A stretch of DNA of 64,000 bases from an uncultured Candidatus Binatia bacterium (GCA_965213675.1 OZ243916.1:3648001-3712000); one strand, 5' to 3'; positions 25,968-39,100 are shown, counted from the stretch's first letter. Notes: a model not told the origin generated them from the letters alone. Translations and numbers: made by a program.

Positions 25968-26855
25968 TCAGGCCTCCGCCTTGACGTTCAGCTCCATCAC
26001 ACCGATCTTTTCGATCTCGCCCCGGAGCTTGTCGCCGTCGAGGAGCGTGTGCACGCCCGCCGGCGTTCCGGTGGTGATGAGGTCGCCGGGCCGGAGCGTC
26101 ACCACGCTCGACAGGAAGCGGATGTGGTCGCGCACGCCGCAGATCATGTCGCTCGTGTGCGCGGTCATGACCTGCTCGCCGTTGTGCCATGCGCTGAGCT
26201 TCAGGTCCTGCGGCTCCGGGACCTCGTCCCGGGTGACGATCCACGGCCCCAGCGGGCTGAAGGTGTCGAAGCCCTTGCGGATGTTGCGGGTGTTCTGCTT
26301 GCCGCGTCCCCAGGGATCGCGCTGGCTGATGTCCCAGCAAATGGTGTAGCCGAACACGTAGTCCAGCGCATCCGCCTCGCTCACCTTGCGCGCGGTCTTG
26401 CCGATGACCACGCACAGCTCGCACTCGAAGTCCACGTCGTGGGACACCTTGGGAATGATCACGCTGCCCCCCGGCCCGATGATGGACGACACCGGCTTCA
26501 GGAAGTCCTGGGACATGTGGTCGTCCTTGTCCGGCAACTGCTGGGGGCCGCCGCCCATGCGCGTCTCCATCTCCTTGCGATGGTCCATGTAGTTGGACGC
26601 CGCTGCCCAGAGCGACGTCGGGTTGTCAATGGGCGCCCGCAGCGTCACCTGGTCCAGGGCCGTCCCGTTGCCGGCGCGGATGCATGCGTCGACACAGGCC
26701 GGGGCGCCGGCGTTGCCGGTCATCGCTTCAATGACCTGAACCATGGTGTAGCCTTCCTTGAGGATGCCGGCCGCCACCATGGCCGCGCCCACGGGATAGA
26801 CCTTGTCGTCCACCACCGCGCCCGCCTGCTTGTCGTCGTAAGTACAGAATTTCAT
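25968..26855 (-). CDS. Fumarylacetoacetate hydrolase (FAH) family protein
   Basis: NYMDH, FLKP, DFECELCVVIG, GYTICWDISQRD, KGFDTFSPLGPW, LRPGDLITTGTPAGV. Confidence 0.92.
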   Translation of the reverse strand: MKFCTYDDKQAGAVVDDKVYPVGAAMVAAGILKEGYTMVQVIEAMTGNAGAPACVDACIRAGNGTALDQVTLRAPIDNPTSLWAAASNYMDHRKEMETRMGGGPQQLPDKDDHMSQDFLKPVSSIIGPGGSVIIPKVSHDVDFECELCVVIGKTARKVSEADALDYVFGYTICWDISQRDPWGRGKQNTRNIRKGFDTFSPLGPWIVTRDEVPEPQDLKLSAWHNGEQVMTAHTSDMICGVRDHIRFLSSVVTLRPGDLITTGTPAGVHTLLDGDKLRGEIEKIGVMELNVKAEA

Positions 26856-27010
26856 GGGTTGAAGTCCTCCGAGTTCTCCGTGCTGAGATCGTTGCCTTAT
26901 AGCACAGGGCAACAGGAGCGGGACAGAGGATGTGGCCGCCCGTTCCCAACGCGAACCACGAAGCCGGAGAACGCCAGGATCCGGCGCCACAGGGACGATG
27001 ACCAAACGAT

Positions 27011-27113
27011 GTCCCGCCGGGGCGACCGCCGGTCGCCGCTACCGGAGGGGTGTGATGCGTGAAACGGCTGGCGCATTTGCGACGTCCCGCCAAGGCCACC
27101 GGGGGTCGCCCCG
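27011..27113 (-). repeat. GTAG-type REP element plus a degenerate second copy
   Basis: 27019-27042 on the minus strand reads GTAGCGGCGACCGGCGGTCGCCCC. A similar unit GTCCCGCCAAGGCCACCGGGGGTCGCCCC lies at about 27084-27112. Confidence 0.6.
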
Positions 27114-27173
27114 GCAAGGCGTTGTGGTTTGGCGCTGGCAAGCGGGCGTGCGGGTTTCAGGACCGGTGGGGGT

Positions 27174-30100
27174 TCACCAGCGTATGGTGAACTCGATTCC
27201 GATGGTGTGAGTGGGCGGGGCGGTGTCGCTTTCGTTGCGCGTGGCCTCGATGCCCAATGAGAGGTCGAGCCCGATGCCGCTGGCCGCCGGTTCCAGGCGC
27301 CAGCCCATGGCGTATTCGCGCGAACCGGCGGCGAGGCCGAGGCTGACGTGGGGAGTCCCGATGAAGCGTCCGTCATGGACGGGAATGCCGTAGGCGGCTT
27401 CGGTGGTCCAGCGGGCTTCCGCCTGGGTTGCGGTGCGCTCGGCGAGGGGGTCTGGGGTGAACAGCGCGTCCATGCCCCCTTGGGCCTTTCCGCCGCGCTC
27501 CTGGCGTAGGGTGAGGGAGGGGCCGAGCGGGGTGGACGGGTTGGGGTCGTAGGTCAGCCTGGCGGCGAAGCCATGGTCCTTGAGGTCGTTGTCGCCGTGG
27601 GCCAGCAGGGTGCGGCCCGAGACCTCGAGGCTCAGGCCGAGAGCGGGACTGCTCCAGGCGAGGCCGCCGCCGAGTTCCACGCCCATGCCGGTTTCGGCAT
27701 CGCCGCCGTCATGCCGCGCGCCGATCTCCAGTCTGGGGGTGACGTGGGCGCCGCGGTCCAGCGCCACCCGCCAGCTTCCCTCCAGTCCCATCCGGAGCCG
27801 GGTCACGTCGGAGTCCGAAGCCGCCAGATGCGCGGTCTTGTCGGATGAGGTCCGCGCCCACAGCGCGTCGGACAGCAGCGCCAGCCCCAGGCCCGGCTTG
27901 CCCCGAGGCGTGAGGTCGCCGCGGAAACCCAGCGACGCCATGGCCCAGGACAGATTCGACTCGTACTCGCCGGCAACCTCGGGGGTCAGGCGGAGCTTGC
28001 CCGCGCCATAGCCTGCCGCGCCCCAGAGCTTCAGCCGTTCCGAGACCTGGACGGACCCGTAGGGGACCGCCCCGGTGAGCGTGGCCACGACCTTGCCGTT
28101 GCCCGCCGGCAACGTCCCGTGGCACAGCCCCGGTTCATCCGCGCCGCAGACCCCGAGACCGGCCCTCCCGCCGGTGTACTTTCCCGCGCCCTGGCTGTGG
28201 GTGACGGCCAGCCCCACGATCCACGGGCCCCGGGCATAGTCCATCCCGAGCATTCCGGTGGTGACGTCGCCGTCGAGGGAGAAGGTTCCCTCCCGTCCCT
28301 TGAAGGCGGCTTGTTCGGCGTCGCCCCAAACGGCCATGCTGGCGTCGTTCCCGTCCGCGCCGAGGGTGACGGTAAAGTGGCTGCCGGCGATCAGTTCGCG
28401 CAGGGTCAGAGGGCGCCATGAAGCGGGCGCGCTGGCCGGATCGCGTATGTCGCCGTAGCCAGGAAGGTGGCCGCCAAGATGGCCACCCAGATGGCCGCCC
28501 AAGTGGCCGCCGAAGCGCCCATCCAGCGGGTCGCCAAAGACGCCGCCCCCGGACCCTGATCCGAGGCTCAGGGCCTGTCCCCCAAGGACCGCGCTGGTTC
28601 CGGAGGCGCGGGGCGCGGTCAAGCGCCGGGATATGCCGTCCAGGGCCTGCTGGGCCACGGTCCGGCCGAAGCGGCTGAGCCAGGCCTTGGGCATGGGGTC
28701 GGAGTTGACGATGGTCATCACGCCCACGCCCCGGCCCATGGCCGCGCCTCCGGTGGGGTTCGACAACGCTACCTCGAAGGTTTCCGCCTCCTCGTCGTGG
28801 GAATCGTCGCGCAATACCACCGGAATCCGCTTCTCGGTCTCACCGGGCGCAAAGGCCACCCGCTGGCTCCGCGGCCAGTAGTCGGCGTTCTCCCGCGCCG
28901 ACACCGGATGCGATTCGCGGGTGGCGTACGACACCTGAATCGTGCGCTCCGAAGCCGGACTGAGCCGGATGGCAAACCACAGCGTGGTCTCGTTTTCGTG
29001 CGCCGAACCGTCTTCCACCGAAAGGGTCGGGCCTGCCGGCTGTGTCTGGTCCGAAGGCGCGGCTTCGGCGGTATTCGCCGCTTCGATTTCACCAAGCGCC
29101 TGGGCCACCTCCACCCAGCGCTCCAGGCCCTGATCCACCAATGCCTGCGCCTCGGCCGCCGTCATGGGGGTGAGCGCGCTGTCCTCCACGCTCTCGCCGA
29201 AGGCCAGCAGCGCCCGGTCCCAGCGGTCGGTGTGTGCCGTGTATGACCGCCACGCCGGATCGTTCCGCCAGTCGTACATCTTCGCGATGAGCGCGGCGTA
29301 AGGACGCGCCGGCGCCACATCGAGGGTCGCGGCGCCGGCCAGGCCGTCGAGCAGGAGGGTGTCGCCGTTGCCGTCCTCGTAGGCCGGCGTCACCGTTACG
29401 GTGAGGGTCATGGCCTCCATGACGTCATGTCGAAAAGTCCACGCGGTCGCGGTCACGCCGTTCTCGTCGCCGTGGACGTGGGAAGGCGGCCCGCTGTCGC
29501 CCTGGCCTTGGTATTCCACCCGGTAGGAAGTGGCGTGCGTCACCGCGTCCCAGGTCGCGGTGGCGCTGGCACGGTCCACCGCGTTCACCTGGACGTTGGA
29601 AACCGCCGTGACGGGAACCGGGACCGCGGAAGCGCGCTGCGCCTGCTGCTCCGACCCGTCGAGTGGGTCGGGCGTGGACCGGTCATCATCAATCATCGAG
29701 CCTGTCGCCAGGTCGTCCGCGATGGTGGCGCCCGTTGCCCCCGACAGCACCACGCTGAAGCTCTCCCGTTCCTCTTTATGAGAATCATCCACGGTCTCGA
29801 TCCGGATTGCCCGACGCTCCTGCCCCGGACGGAAGGTCAACTGACCGCTGCCGGCGACGAAATCCTCGCCGGCCACCGCGTTCCCGTAGCTCGGCCCGTG
29901 GGTATTGCTGTCCTGGTTGAGATTCGGTCCCGTGCGGGTCTCCCAGTTGACGGTCACCGTTTGCGCCGTTGGTCCGGATAGTCTGACCGGCAAGACAATA
30001 TCGTCGCCCTCCCGCACCCCGTGGTTCCTGATGGAGAGGGTCGGCGTCGCGTCGTCGTCCTCCACCGCCACCTTCGCCGAGGCCGGGTCGCCCACGCGGT

Positions 30101-33100
30101 AGCCTTTGCCGCTCTTCACCGTCGCCTTGACGCTGCCGTCGGGCTCGTCGGTGATGTCGTCCAAAATGAGGGCGCCGTAGAAGGTCGTGGAGGTCTCGCC
30201 GACCTCGAGCCGGATGGTGGTGTCGCGGCTGTCGTAGTTCAGCAGGAAGTCCTGCCCGTCGCTGGTGTCCTCCGACACCGTGACCGCCACCTTCAGGGCC
30301 TCGCGGCCGCTAGCCGCCGGGGTGGCGTGCAGCGTGAACTTGACCCCGTCGCCCTCGGTGACCGTTTCCTCCTCCGTCGTGATGGTGACCACCGGGGTGG
30401 GGTCGGGGTCGTTGTCCATCACCCGCACCGTGGCGCCCGACGGGCAGTTGCCGGCTTCGCCGTCATAGGTTTTGCCCGGATCCATGCCGGCGTTCCCGCC
30501 GATGGTGTATTCCTGCTCGGGGTAGTGGGGGCCGACCCAGGCGCAGTAGTCGTAGTAGCCGGATGCGCGGAACACCTTGTCCTCGGTGGCCTCCACGTCG
30601 AAGGTGACCTTGTTGCCCACGCTCACCAGGGCGCCTTCGTACCAGTACCCGGTGCTCCAGGGCACCCTGACCCTGACATTGATGAAGAACGGCTCGAGTT
30701 CGCCGGGCAGCACGCTGGGGTCGAAGTGCAGCGTGAACACCGCGGGCTGGCCCTCCTCCACCTGCCCGCCGCCGGTGATGGTGACGGTGGGGCCGGGCAC
30801 ACGGTCGTTGATGGTCGCGACCGCGTCGAGGGGCGTTCCGGCCATCACGCCGGCCGGCAGCAGGCTGTCGATGATGTCGATCCGGAACGTCTCGCCCGAG
30901 TCGTCGATGCCGTCCCGGACGATCGCGATGTCGACCGTCGCGCTGGTGCTCCCGGCCGGAATCGTCACGTCGTAGTTTACGCCGGAATAGTCCACGCCGT
31001 TGCCGGTCGCGGTGAGCGGGGTCAGCTCCACCCGCACCGTGGTGTCCACCCCGCGCGCCCGCGACAGCCTCACCCGCACCTGGAGCGTCTTGCCCTCGTA
31101 AGCCGTATAGCTGGCGGACGACAGCGACACGCCCGGCGGGTCCTGGATGTTGAAGATGGCGAGGTTGTCGGTCAGGCTGGAGCCGCCGCCAAGGCCCGTC
31201 CGGGCCACCGAATCGAACCCGATGTCCACCGTCTCCTCGGGGGACTCGGCCGTGCCGTCGTCGGTGGCGCTCAAGGTCAGGGTCGCGACGGTGGCGGTGG
31301 CGCCGGAGCCCGGGCCGGTGAAGGTGATCCTGGGGTTGTTGCCGCCGAGATCCACGTAGCTGACCCCGGTCGCCGCCGTGCCTGTCAGGGTGTAGTCCGT
31401 GCCGCGCGTCGCGGTGCCGTGGAAGCTGAGCGCCGCGGTCAGCACCTCGCCCTGCACGAGGCCGCGGCTCAGGGTCAGGGTGATGGTCTTGCTTTCGCCC
31501 TCGCCCACCTTGCCCGCCGCTCCGGCGAGGGTCACGCGGGTGGCGTCGTCGTCGGTCACGGCCAAATCGACCGAGGAGGTGCCGCCGAGCGAGTAGCCCG
31601 TGCCGGCCTGCAAGGCCACGGTGAGCGTGCCGTCGGGGCGGTCCACCGAGTCGTTGTTCACGTTCACGTCGAACTCGGTCGTGGTCTGGCCGGCGGCGAT
31701 GGTGATGTTCGCGCGCGACAGGCTGCCGCCGTAGCCGCTGCTGAAGGTGAGCACCGGCAGCGTCACCCGCAGGCCGCCCGCGGGCGCGGTCTGGTCCGAG
31801 GTCACGGTGAACGTGGCGCTGCCGCCCTCGGCCACGCTGGTGTTGCCGTCCTTCTCGGCGAGCGTCAGCACCGGCGCGTCGTCGTCGATGATGTTCGTGC
31901 TCGCCGACGTGGTGGCGCCCAGCGTGTAGCCGTCGCCGGGGCGCAGCGTGACGGTCACCGTCCCGCTGTTCTCCTGCAGCGCGTCGTTCACCGTCGGCAC
32001 GGTGTGCGTCCCCGAGCTGGCCCCGCTGATGGCGAGCGTCTTGGCGCCTTCGTTGGCGGTGGTCACGAAGTCCCCCACGGTGCCGCCCGTGGTTTCGGAC
32101 ACGTCGAGATGCACGGTCACCGTGCCCGAAGCGGACAGATTCACGTCGAACGCCGCGCCCGTGCCCTCGTTCACCGACGCGCTGCCGGCGCTCACCGTGG
32201 CCGTGGGCGGCGTGGCGTCATCGTTGTTGATGGTGTAGGTGGCGCTCCCCGCGGACGAGGAAATGTCCACCCCGCCGGGCGCGCCGCGCAGTTCGAGCAC
32301 CGCGGTCTCGTTCGCCTCCGCCGAGCTGTCGCCGATGATGCGGAGCTTGACCTCGGCGCGGGTGTCCCCGGAAGCGAGCGTGTGGCTGTAGCAATTGCTG
32401 GCGTCCACGGTCAGGGCGCTGCCGCCGGCGTTCACCAGATTGAAGTCCGCCGCCTGGGCGCCGTCGGCGCTGCGGAAGGTGGCCGTGCCGGTGTCCTTGA
32501 CGCAGAGCTTGAATGCGGTGGCGGCGGCGCGGGTTTCGCTCAAGGACAGCGTCACCGCCACGTCCGTGTTGCCCGAATGGCCCTCGGCGCCGGAGGCCGA
32601 CGCGAGGCTCACGGACAGCGCCGGGTTCGGCGCCTCGTCGTCCTCGATCTTGAGGCTCGCCATGTAGTTCGACGCATGGCGCTCCACGCCGCCGCTCACG
32701 GTGGTGCCGAGGCCTGCGCCGCGAAGCACGCTGTCGGTGGCCAGCGTGGCGGTGAGCGTCTCATCGGCCATCTCGCCGTCGTCGCGGCCCGCCACCGGGG
32801 TGAGCGTCACTGTCGCGTTTTGCACCATGTGGGCGTCCTGGCCGGTGAAGGTGAGCCTCGGGCTCGCAGTACTGGCGTTCGCAAGGCCCACGCCTCTGCC
32901 CGCCGCCGCCACCGTGAAGTCGTGGTTGGCCGTCCCGGGCAGCCGCGCGCCGGTGCTTGTGGCCAGCGTCAGCGGCGCCACGATGACCTCGCCGTCGTAC
33001 AGGCGGCGGGACAGCGCCACCGTGAGCGTGGCCGTGTCCGAGGCCTTGCCTTCGGCCATGAAGGCGTCCGAACTCGTGAGTTCCACCGCCGTGGACTCGT

Positions 33101-36100
33101 CGTCCGTGATGCGCGCCGTGTCTGAAGGGCCGGTCGTCGATACCCGGTAGGCGCCCGCGTTGGTGCAGCCCGCCGCGTCCGGCGCCACCACCGCCACCGT
33201 TACCGAGCTGTCAGGGTCGTCCGCCGCCGTGTTCGTCCAGGTGAGGTCATGCTCACCCGCGCCGTTGGCGTTGCCGGTGCTGGTCATGGAGACCTTCTGG
33301 ATGCCCTCGCTCCCCGCCGCCACCCGGTCGCCACCGCTCTCGGTTACCTGCACGCACACCGTCAGGGTGCTGGGCAGCGCCCGGTCGGCGCTCAAGTCGA
33401 ACGTCACCCCGGCGCCGCCTGCGCTCTCCCCGTGAAGCTGTTCGCGCGCGGCGTTCCGTGTCGCGCCTCCCCCGCTGGGCAACGCCACCGAAATGATCGG
33501 CTGCAACCCCTCGTCATCCACAATGCCGACCGTGAGGTTCTTGTTCTGCGAGGCGCCGTAGCCGCTGCCCGCGCCCGACACGGCGTGGGCGAGGGTGACC
33601 GTGTCGTCGGTGTCGTCGTTATCCTCGGCGGCCGAGAGCGACACCGTCTGCGGCGTGCTCCAGATGGCGCTGCCAGCGGGAGTGAAGGTGAGGGTTTCGC
33701 TCGCCGAACTGCTCGTGCCCGCGTCCGGCCCGTCCACGGACAGGTCGCTGCTGGAGTGTCCGCTGATGGTGACCGTCACGTTGGCCAAAGGCTCCGTGGC
33801 GAGCGCCACCGTGTAGCTGCCCGTGTCGCCCTCGCCCATGGAGACGGGGTCCGGGGCGATCACCAGCCCCTTGGTGTCGTCGTCGGTGGCCGTCACCGTG
33901 ACGGAGCCGATGCTCAGGCTGGTGACGTATTGGCCGCCGGTGTCGCCGGTCTTGACCGCATGGGTAATGTTGGCGGTGCGATTGGAAGCCTGGTCGATGT
34001 CGTCGTTCTGGCCCTGGATGGTGAGGGTTTGCGCGGTGTCCCAGTTGGACGGCGTGAAGGTCAGGTCCTCGCTGTTGGTGTAGGTTGTGGCCCCATCGGG
34101 GCCGTCGAGCTTCACCACCGTACCGTCGCCGGAGGTCACGGTGATGACCACGTTCGACAGCGGCTCGCTGTCGAGTTCCACCGTGTAGGTTGCGGCGCCG
34201 CCGTTTTCCGCCACCGTGCGCGTGGTTTGGGAAACGCTCACCCCTGCCGTGTCATCGTCGGTGGCCGTCACCGCGACGGAGTTGATGCTCAGGCTGGTGA
34301 CGTATCTGCCGCCGGTGTCGCCGGTCTTGACCGCATGGGTAATGTTGGCGGTGCGATTGGAAGCCTGGTCGATGTCGTCGTTCTGGCCCTGGATGGTAAG
34401 GGTTTGCGCGGTGTCCCAGTTGGACGGCGTGAAGGTCAGGTCCTCGCCGTTGGTGTAGGCGGTGGCCCCATCGGGGCCGTCGAGCTTCACCACCGTGCCG
34501 TCGCCGGAGGTCACGGTGATGACCACGTTCGACGCCGGCTCGCTGTCGAGCTCCACCGTGTAGGTTGCGGCGCCGCCGTTTTCCGCCACCGTGCGCGTGG
34601 TTTGGGAAACGCTCACTCCTGCCATGTCGTCGTCGGTGGCCGTCACCGTGACGGAGCTGATGTTCAGGCTGGTGAGGTATCTGCCGTTGGTGTCGGGGGT
34701 CTTGACCGCATGGGTGATGTCGGCCGTGCGGTCGGAAGCGTGGTCGATGTCGTCGTTCTGGCCCTGGATCGTGAGAGTTTGCGTGGTGTCCCAGTTGGAC
34801 GGCGTGAAGGTCAGGTCCTCGCTGTTGGTGTAGGTTGCGGCGGAGTCGGGGCCGTCGAGCTTCACCACGGTACCGTCGCCGGAGGTCACGGTGATGACCA
34901 CGTTCGACAGCGGCTCGCTGTCGAGTTCCACCGTGTAGGTGTCGGTGCCGCCGTTTTCCGCCACCGTGCGCGTGGTTTGGGAAATGCTCACCCCTGCCGT
35001 GTCGTCGTCGGTCACGCTCACGCTCACGGTCCCGGCGCTGGTGATGGTGTAGTTGCTGTCGGTGGATGTCGTCGCGTGGCCGATGATCACGGTGCGGCTG
35101 TCGCCCGCGTTGTCGATGTCGTCGTCCACGCCAGTCACGGTGATGGTCTGCGCCACGTTCCAGGTGGAGGTGGTGAAGGTCAGCGTCTGCGCGCCGCCGA
35201 CGGTGCCGCCCGACTTGTTCACCCGGGTGCCCGCTCCCGCCGTGACCGTCACGGTCACGCTGTGGGTGGGCTCGGTCCTGAGCTTGATGTCGTAGCTGTC
35301 GGTGGTGGTGGCGCCGTCCTCGCTCACCGTGGTGCCGGCGCCTGACTCGGTGAAGACGAGTCCGTACGGGGTGTCGTCGTCCCGGATCACGTGGGTCGCC
35401 GGGTTGCCGTCGGTCTCGACCTCGAAGGTCGCCGGCAGGGCGGTGGTTGCGCTCTCCTTCAGCGTGACCGTCACCCTCTCGTCGTTTTCGATGTCCATTT
35501 CACCGAATACCCGGATCTTGTACGTGTGGCTGTCCACGCTCTGGGCGAAGGCGACCGTGCCTTGCGCGCCCACGCAGCCGAGGGTGCTGCCCGAGCCGAA
35601 GGTGGTGACCGTGCCGCTGCCGTCGATGTCGATGATGCGGTAGTCCTCGCCCGCCGCCTGCGTACCGTCGGCGTCGAGGGTCGCACTGCCGGAGAAGCAG
35701 AGGCTGTACGACACCGCCGGGCTGCCGGCGGGCTTGGCCACGACCACATTCACGTCGCGGGTGCCGGAATCACCCTCGTCGGCCGACGCCGAGGCCAGGG
35801 TCAGGGCGAGTTTGTACCTGTCGTCGTTGGTCAGGGTCACGGCCACACCGGGGATGGTCGGCGTGCTCGGGGTGTAGCGGCTGCCGTCGCCGTTGGCGGC
35901 CGAAGCGATTGTGTGCGTGACCGTGGCGGTGCGGTCCGGCGCGTTGACCACGTCGTCGTCCTGGGCCTCGAGGGTGATGGTCTGCGCCGCGTCCCAGTTC
36001 GACGGCGTGAACGTCAGGTCCTCGGTGTTCGTGTAGGTCACCGCCGGGTCCGGGCCGTCGAGCTTCACCGCCGTGTCGTCGCCGGAGGCGACGGTGATGA

Positions 36101-39100
36101 CCACGTCGGACAGGGGCTCGCTATCGAGCACCACGGTGTAGGTGGCGGTGGCGCCGTCTTCGGCCAGCGTGCGCGTGGTCTCCGACACCGTCACCCCGGC
36201 GGTGTCGTCGTCGGTCACCCGAACGTCCAGGCCGCCCGCGTCGTCGATGTCGTAGCTCGCGTCGGTGGAGCGGGTCGCGTGGGCGATGGTCACGACGCGC
36301 TGATTGTTCTCGTTGTCGACGTCGTCATCGACGCCGGTCACGGTGATGGTCTGCCCGGTGCTCCAGACGCCTGCGCCGCTCGGTGTGAAGGTGAGCGTTG
36401 CCGTGGCGCCCGCCGTGCCGTCCGCCGCGTGCACCCTGGTCCCTGCGCCGGCGGCCACCGTCACCGTCACGTCGTGGGTCGGCATGATGTTCAGTCTTAC
36501 CGCATAGCTGTCCGTGTCGGTTCCGTCCTCGCGCACGACGGTGCTGCCGCCCGTCGGCACGAAGTGGACTCCGGCGGTGCCGTCGTCGTCGGTGACGCTC
36601 ACCGTCACATCGCTGATGGACGGGGCGTCCGCCGTGTAGCGGCTACCGTCGCCGGTCTTGATTGCGTGGGTGATGGTGGCCGTGCGCCGGGAGAAGTTGA
36701 AGTGCTCGTCGTCCTGACCTTCGAGGGTGATGGTCTGCGCCGTGCTCCAGTTCGACGGCGTGAAGGTCAGGTCCTCGGTGTCGGTGTAGTCGGTCGCCGA
36801 GTCCGGGCCGTCGAGCTTCACCGCCGTATCGTCATCGACAGCGACGGTGATGACCACGGGCAACAGCGGCTCGGAGTCGAGCACCACCGTGTAGCTGGCG
36901 GTGCCGCCATCCTCCGCCACCGTGCGCGTGGTCTCCGACAGGGTCACCCCGGCGGTGTCGTCGTCGGTGACGGTCACCGCCACCTTGCCGGCGTTGGTGA
37001 TGGTGTAGCTGTTGTCGCTGGAGGTCGCCGCGTGGCTGAGCTCCACGGCGCGCGCGTCGCCCGCGTTGTCGATGGCGTCGTCCACGCCGGACACGGTGAT
37101 GGTTTGCGGCGTGCTCCACAGATTGGCCCCGGCCGGGGTGAAGGTGAGGGTCTGGCCGGCGCCCGCGGTGCCGCCGGACGTGTTCACCTCGGCGCCGGCG
37201 CCGGCGGTCACCGTCACCGTGACGTCGCCGGCCGGCTGGGTGTTCAGCGCCACGGTGTAGGTGTCGGTGGTGCCGTCCTCGCCGACGGTGGTGCCGCCGC
37301 CCGACTCCACGAGGCTCACACCGGCGCCGGGCGTGGTGTCGTCGTCGGTCACGCTCAACGTCACCGCGTCGATGGCGATGCCGTGGTAGGGATTGCCGGT
37401 GTCGGCGACGGCGGCGCTGTGCGCGAGGGGCACGCTTTCGCTCACCGTGTCCGCATCTTCCACGGCGCGCACGGTCACGGTCTGCGCCGTGCTCCAGAGA
37501 TTGGCGCCGGAGCTGGCGAAGGTGAGCGTGGCGCTCGTGCCCGCCGTGCCGCCCGGCGCCTGCACGGTCACGGCATCCTGGTGCGACGCGGGCACGCGCA
37601 CCGTCACCGCCACGTCCGCCACCGGGTCGGAGTCGAGCACCACGGTGTAGGTGCCGGCCGCGCCGGCCTCGGTGAGGCTCAGGCTGCTCGCCGACAACGT
37701 CACGCCGTCGCCGTCCGGGTCGTTGTCGACGATGTACACGTCCACCACGTCCCGCACCTCGTGCTGGACGAGGCCGACGGGCGGATAGTCTTGTATGGCC
37801 TGGATTCTGAATCGCTCGACGCCTTCGGTCAGCGCGTCGTCGACCAGCTCGACCGTGAGCGTCGTCGAGGTGTCGCCCGCTTCGAAGGTCACCTTCTCGG
37901 GCCACTCGAAGGCGGGCTTGTAGTCCGTCCCCGACGTCGCCTGGCCGGGCGCGCCGACGGCGGCGGGACCGCCGGCGGGGAAGGCGCCGGCATCGTCGAA
38001 ATAGCGGAACCGCACGCCGGTGTCGCGGCTGAGCGCCCGCGACAGGTTGACCTCGAGCTTGACGCTGTCCGCCCCCTCCGGCGCCCGCACACGGTCGGCC
38101 ACGGCGAAGGTCACGAGATATTCATCGTCCACCACCGTGGTCTCGATGCTGTGGTCGCTCGCGTCGCGGGTCACGTCGCCCACCGTGGTGTCGGGGTCGG
38201 CGGCCAACGCGGCGTCGCTGCCGAGCGCGACGGTGACCGTCTCTTCCCTCGGCGTCTCGAGATGGTCGTCGATGGCTTCGAGGGAGAGTTGCACGGCGGC
38301 GCCGCCCGCGCCTTCGCCCTCGAAGACCAGGGTGGGGCTGAGCGTACCAGCGCCCTCCAGGCGCACGCCGGGGTCGGCGGCGTCCTCGTCGCTCACCCAC
38401 TGGAGCCCGTGCGGGAAGTCGTCCCGAGTCACGTCCGCGCCGGAAATCACCAGCGGCACATCCACCCGCTCGCCCGCGCGCAGCGCCCGGCTCAACGCGA
38501 CCGCGAACTCGATGACGCCGCCCGCAATGTCCCGGTCCCGCCATCCGGTGCCCTCGTCGATGCGCGCGGCGCCGCCGGTGCGGGTGAGCGAGACCACGAT
38601 GTCGGAGTCGTCATCGTCGATCACCCCGGTGGCGATGAGGCGAAGCCCGCCGCCCGGGAGCACCGCGTTGGTGGGCTCGGAAAGGAACAGCGCCACCGTT
38701 TCGTCGCTCTCGAGCAGGGTGTCGCCGATGACCTCGACGGTCAGGGTCTTCTCGGTCTCGCCCGGCTGGAAGGTGAGCGTGCCGGGCGGCACGGCCACGT
38801 AGTCCGTCCCCCGCGTGGCGGTGTCGTCGGGGTCGATGTTCCCGTAGTCCACCGTGACGGTGTCCAAGCTCGCGTGGGAGAGGGTCACCGTGAAGTCCAG
38901 GTCGGCGGTGGCGCTGTCGCCCTCGTCGACCCGCCCGCCGCGCATTCTCAGCTTCGGGTCGCTGTCGAGCACATCCAGCGTGATGAGGGGCACCCGCGGT
39001 CCAACGAACCCGGCGTAGTTGCCTTTCCCCTGCACGGTGTTTCTGAACGTCGTGGTGCGCTTCCCGCTCGGGTTGTCCTTGCCATCGTCGACCCCGGTCA

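Noticed and set aside
28464-34998. CRISPR array from the 12-nt or 375-nt repeats
   Set aside because: The repeats are in-frame coding tandem units without unique spacers, and there are no cas genes.
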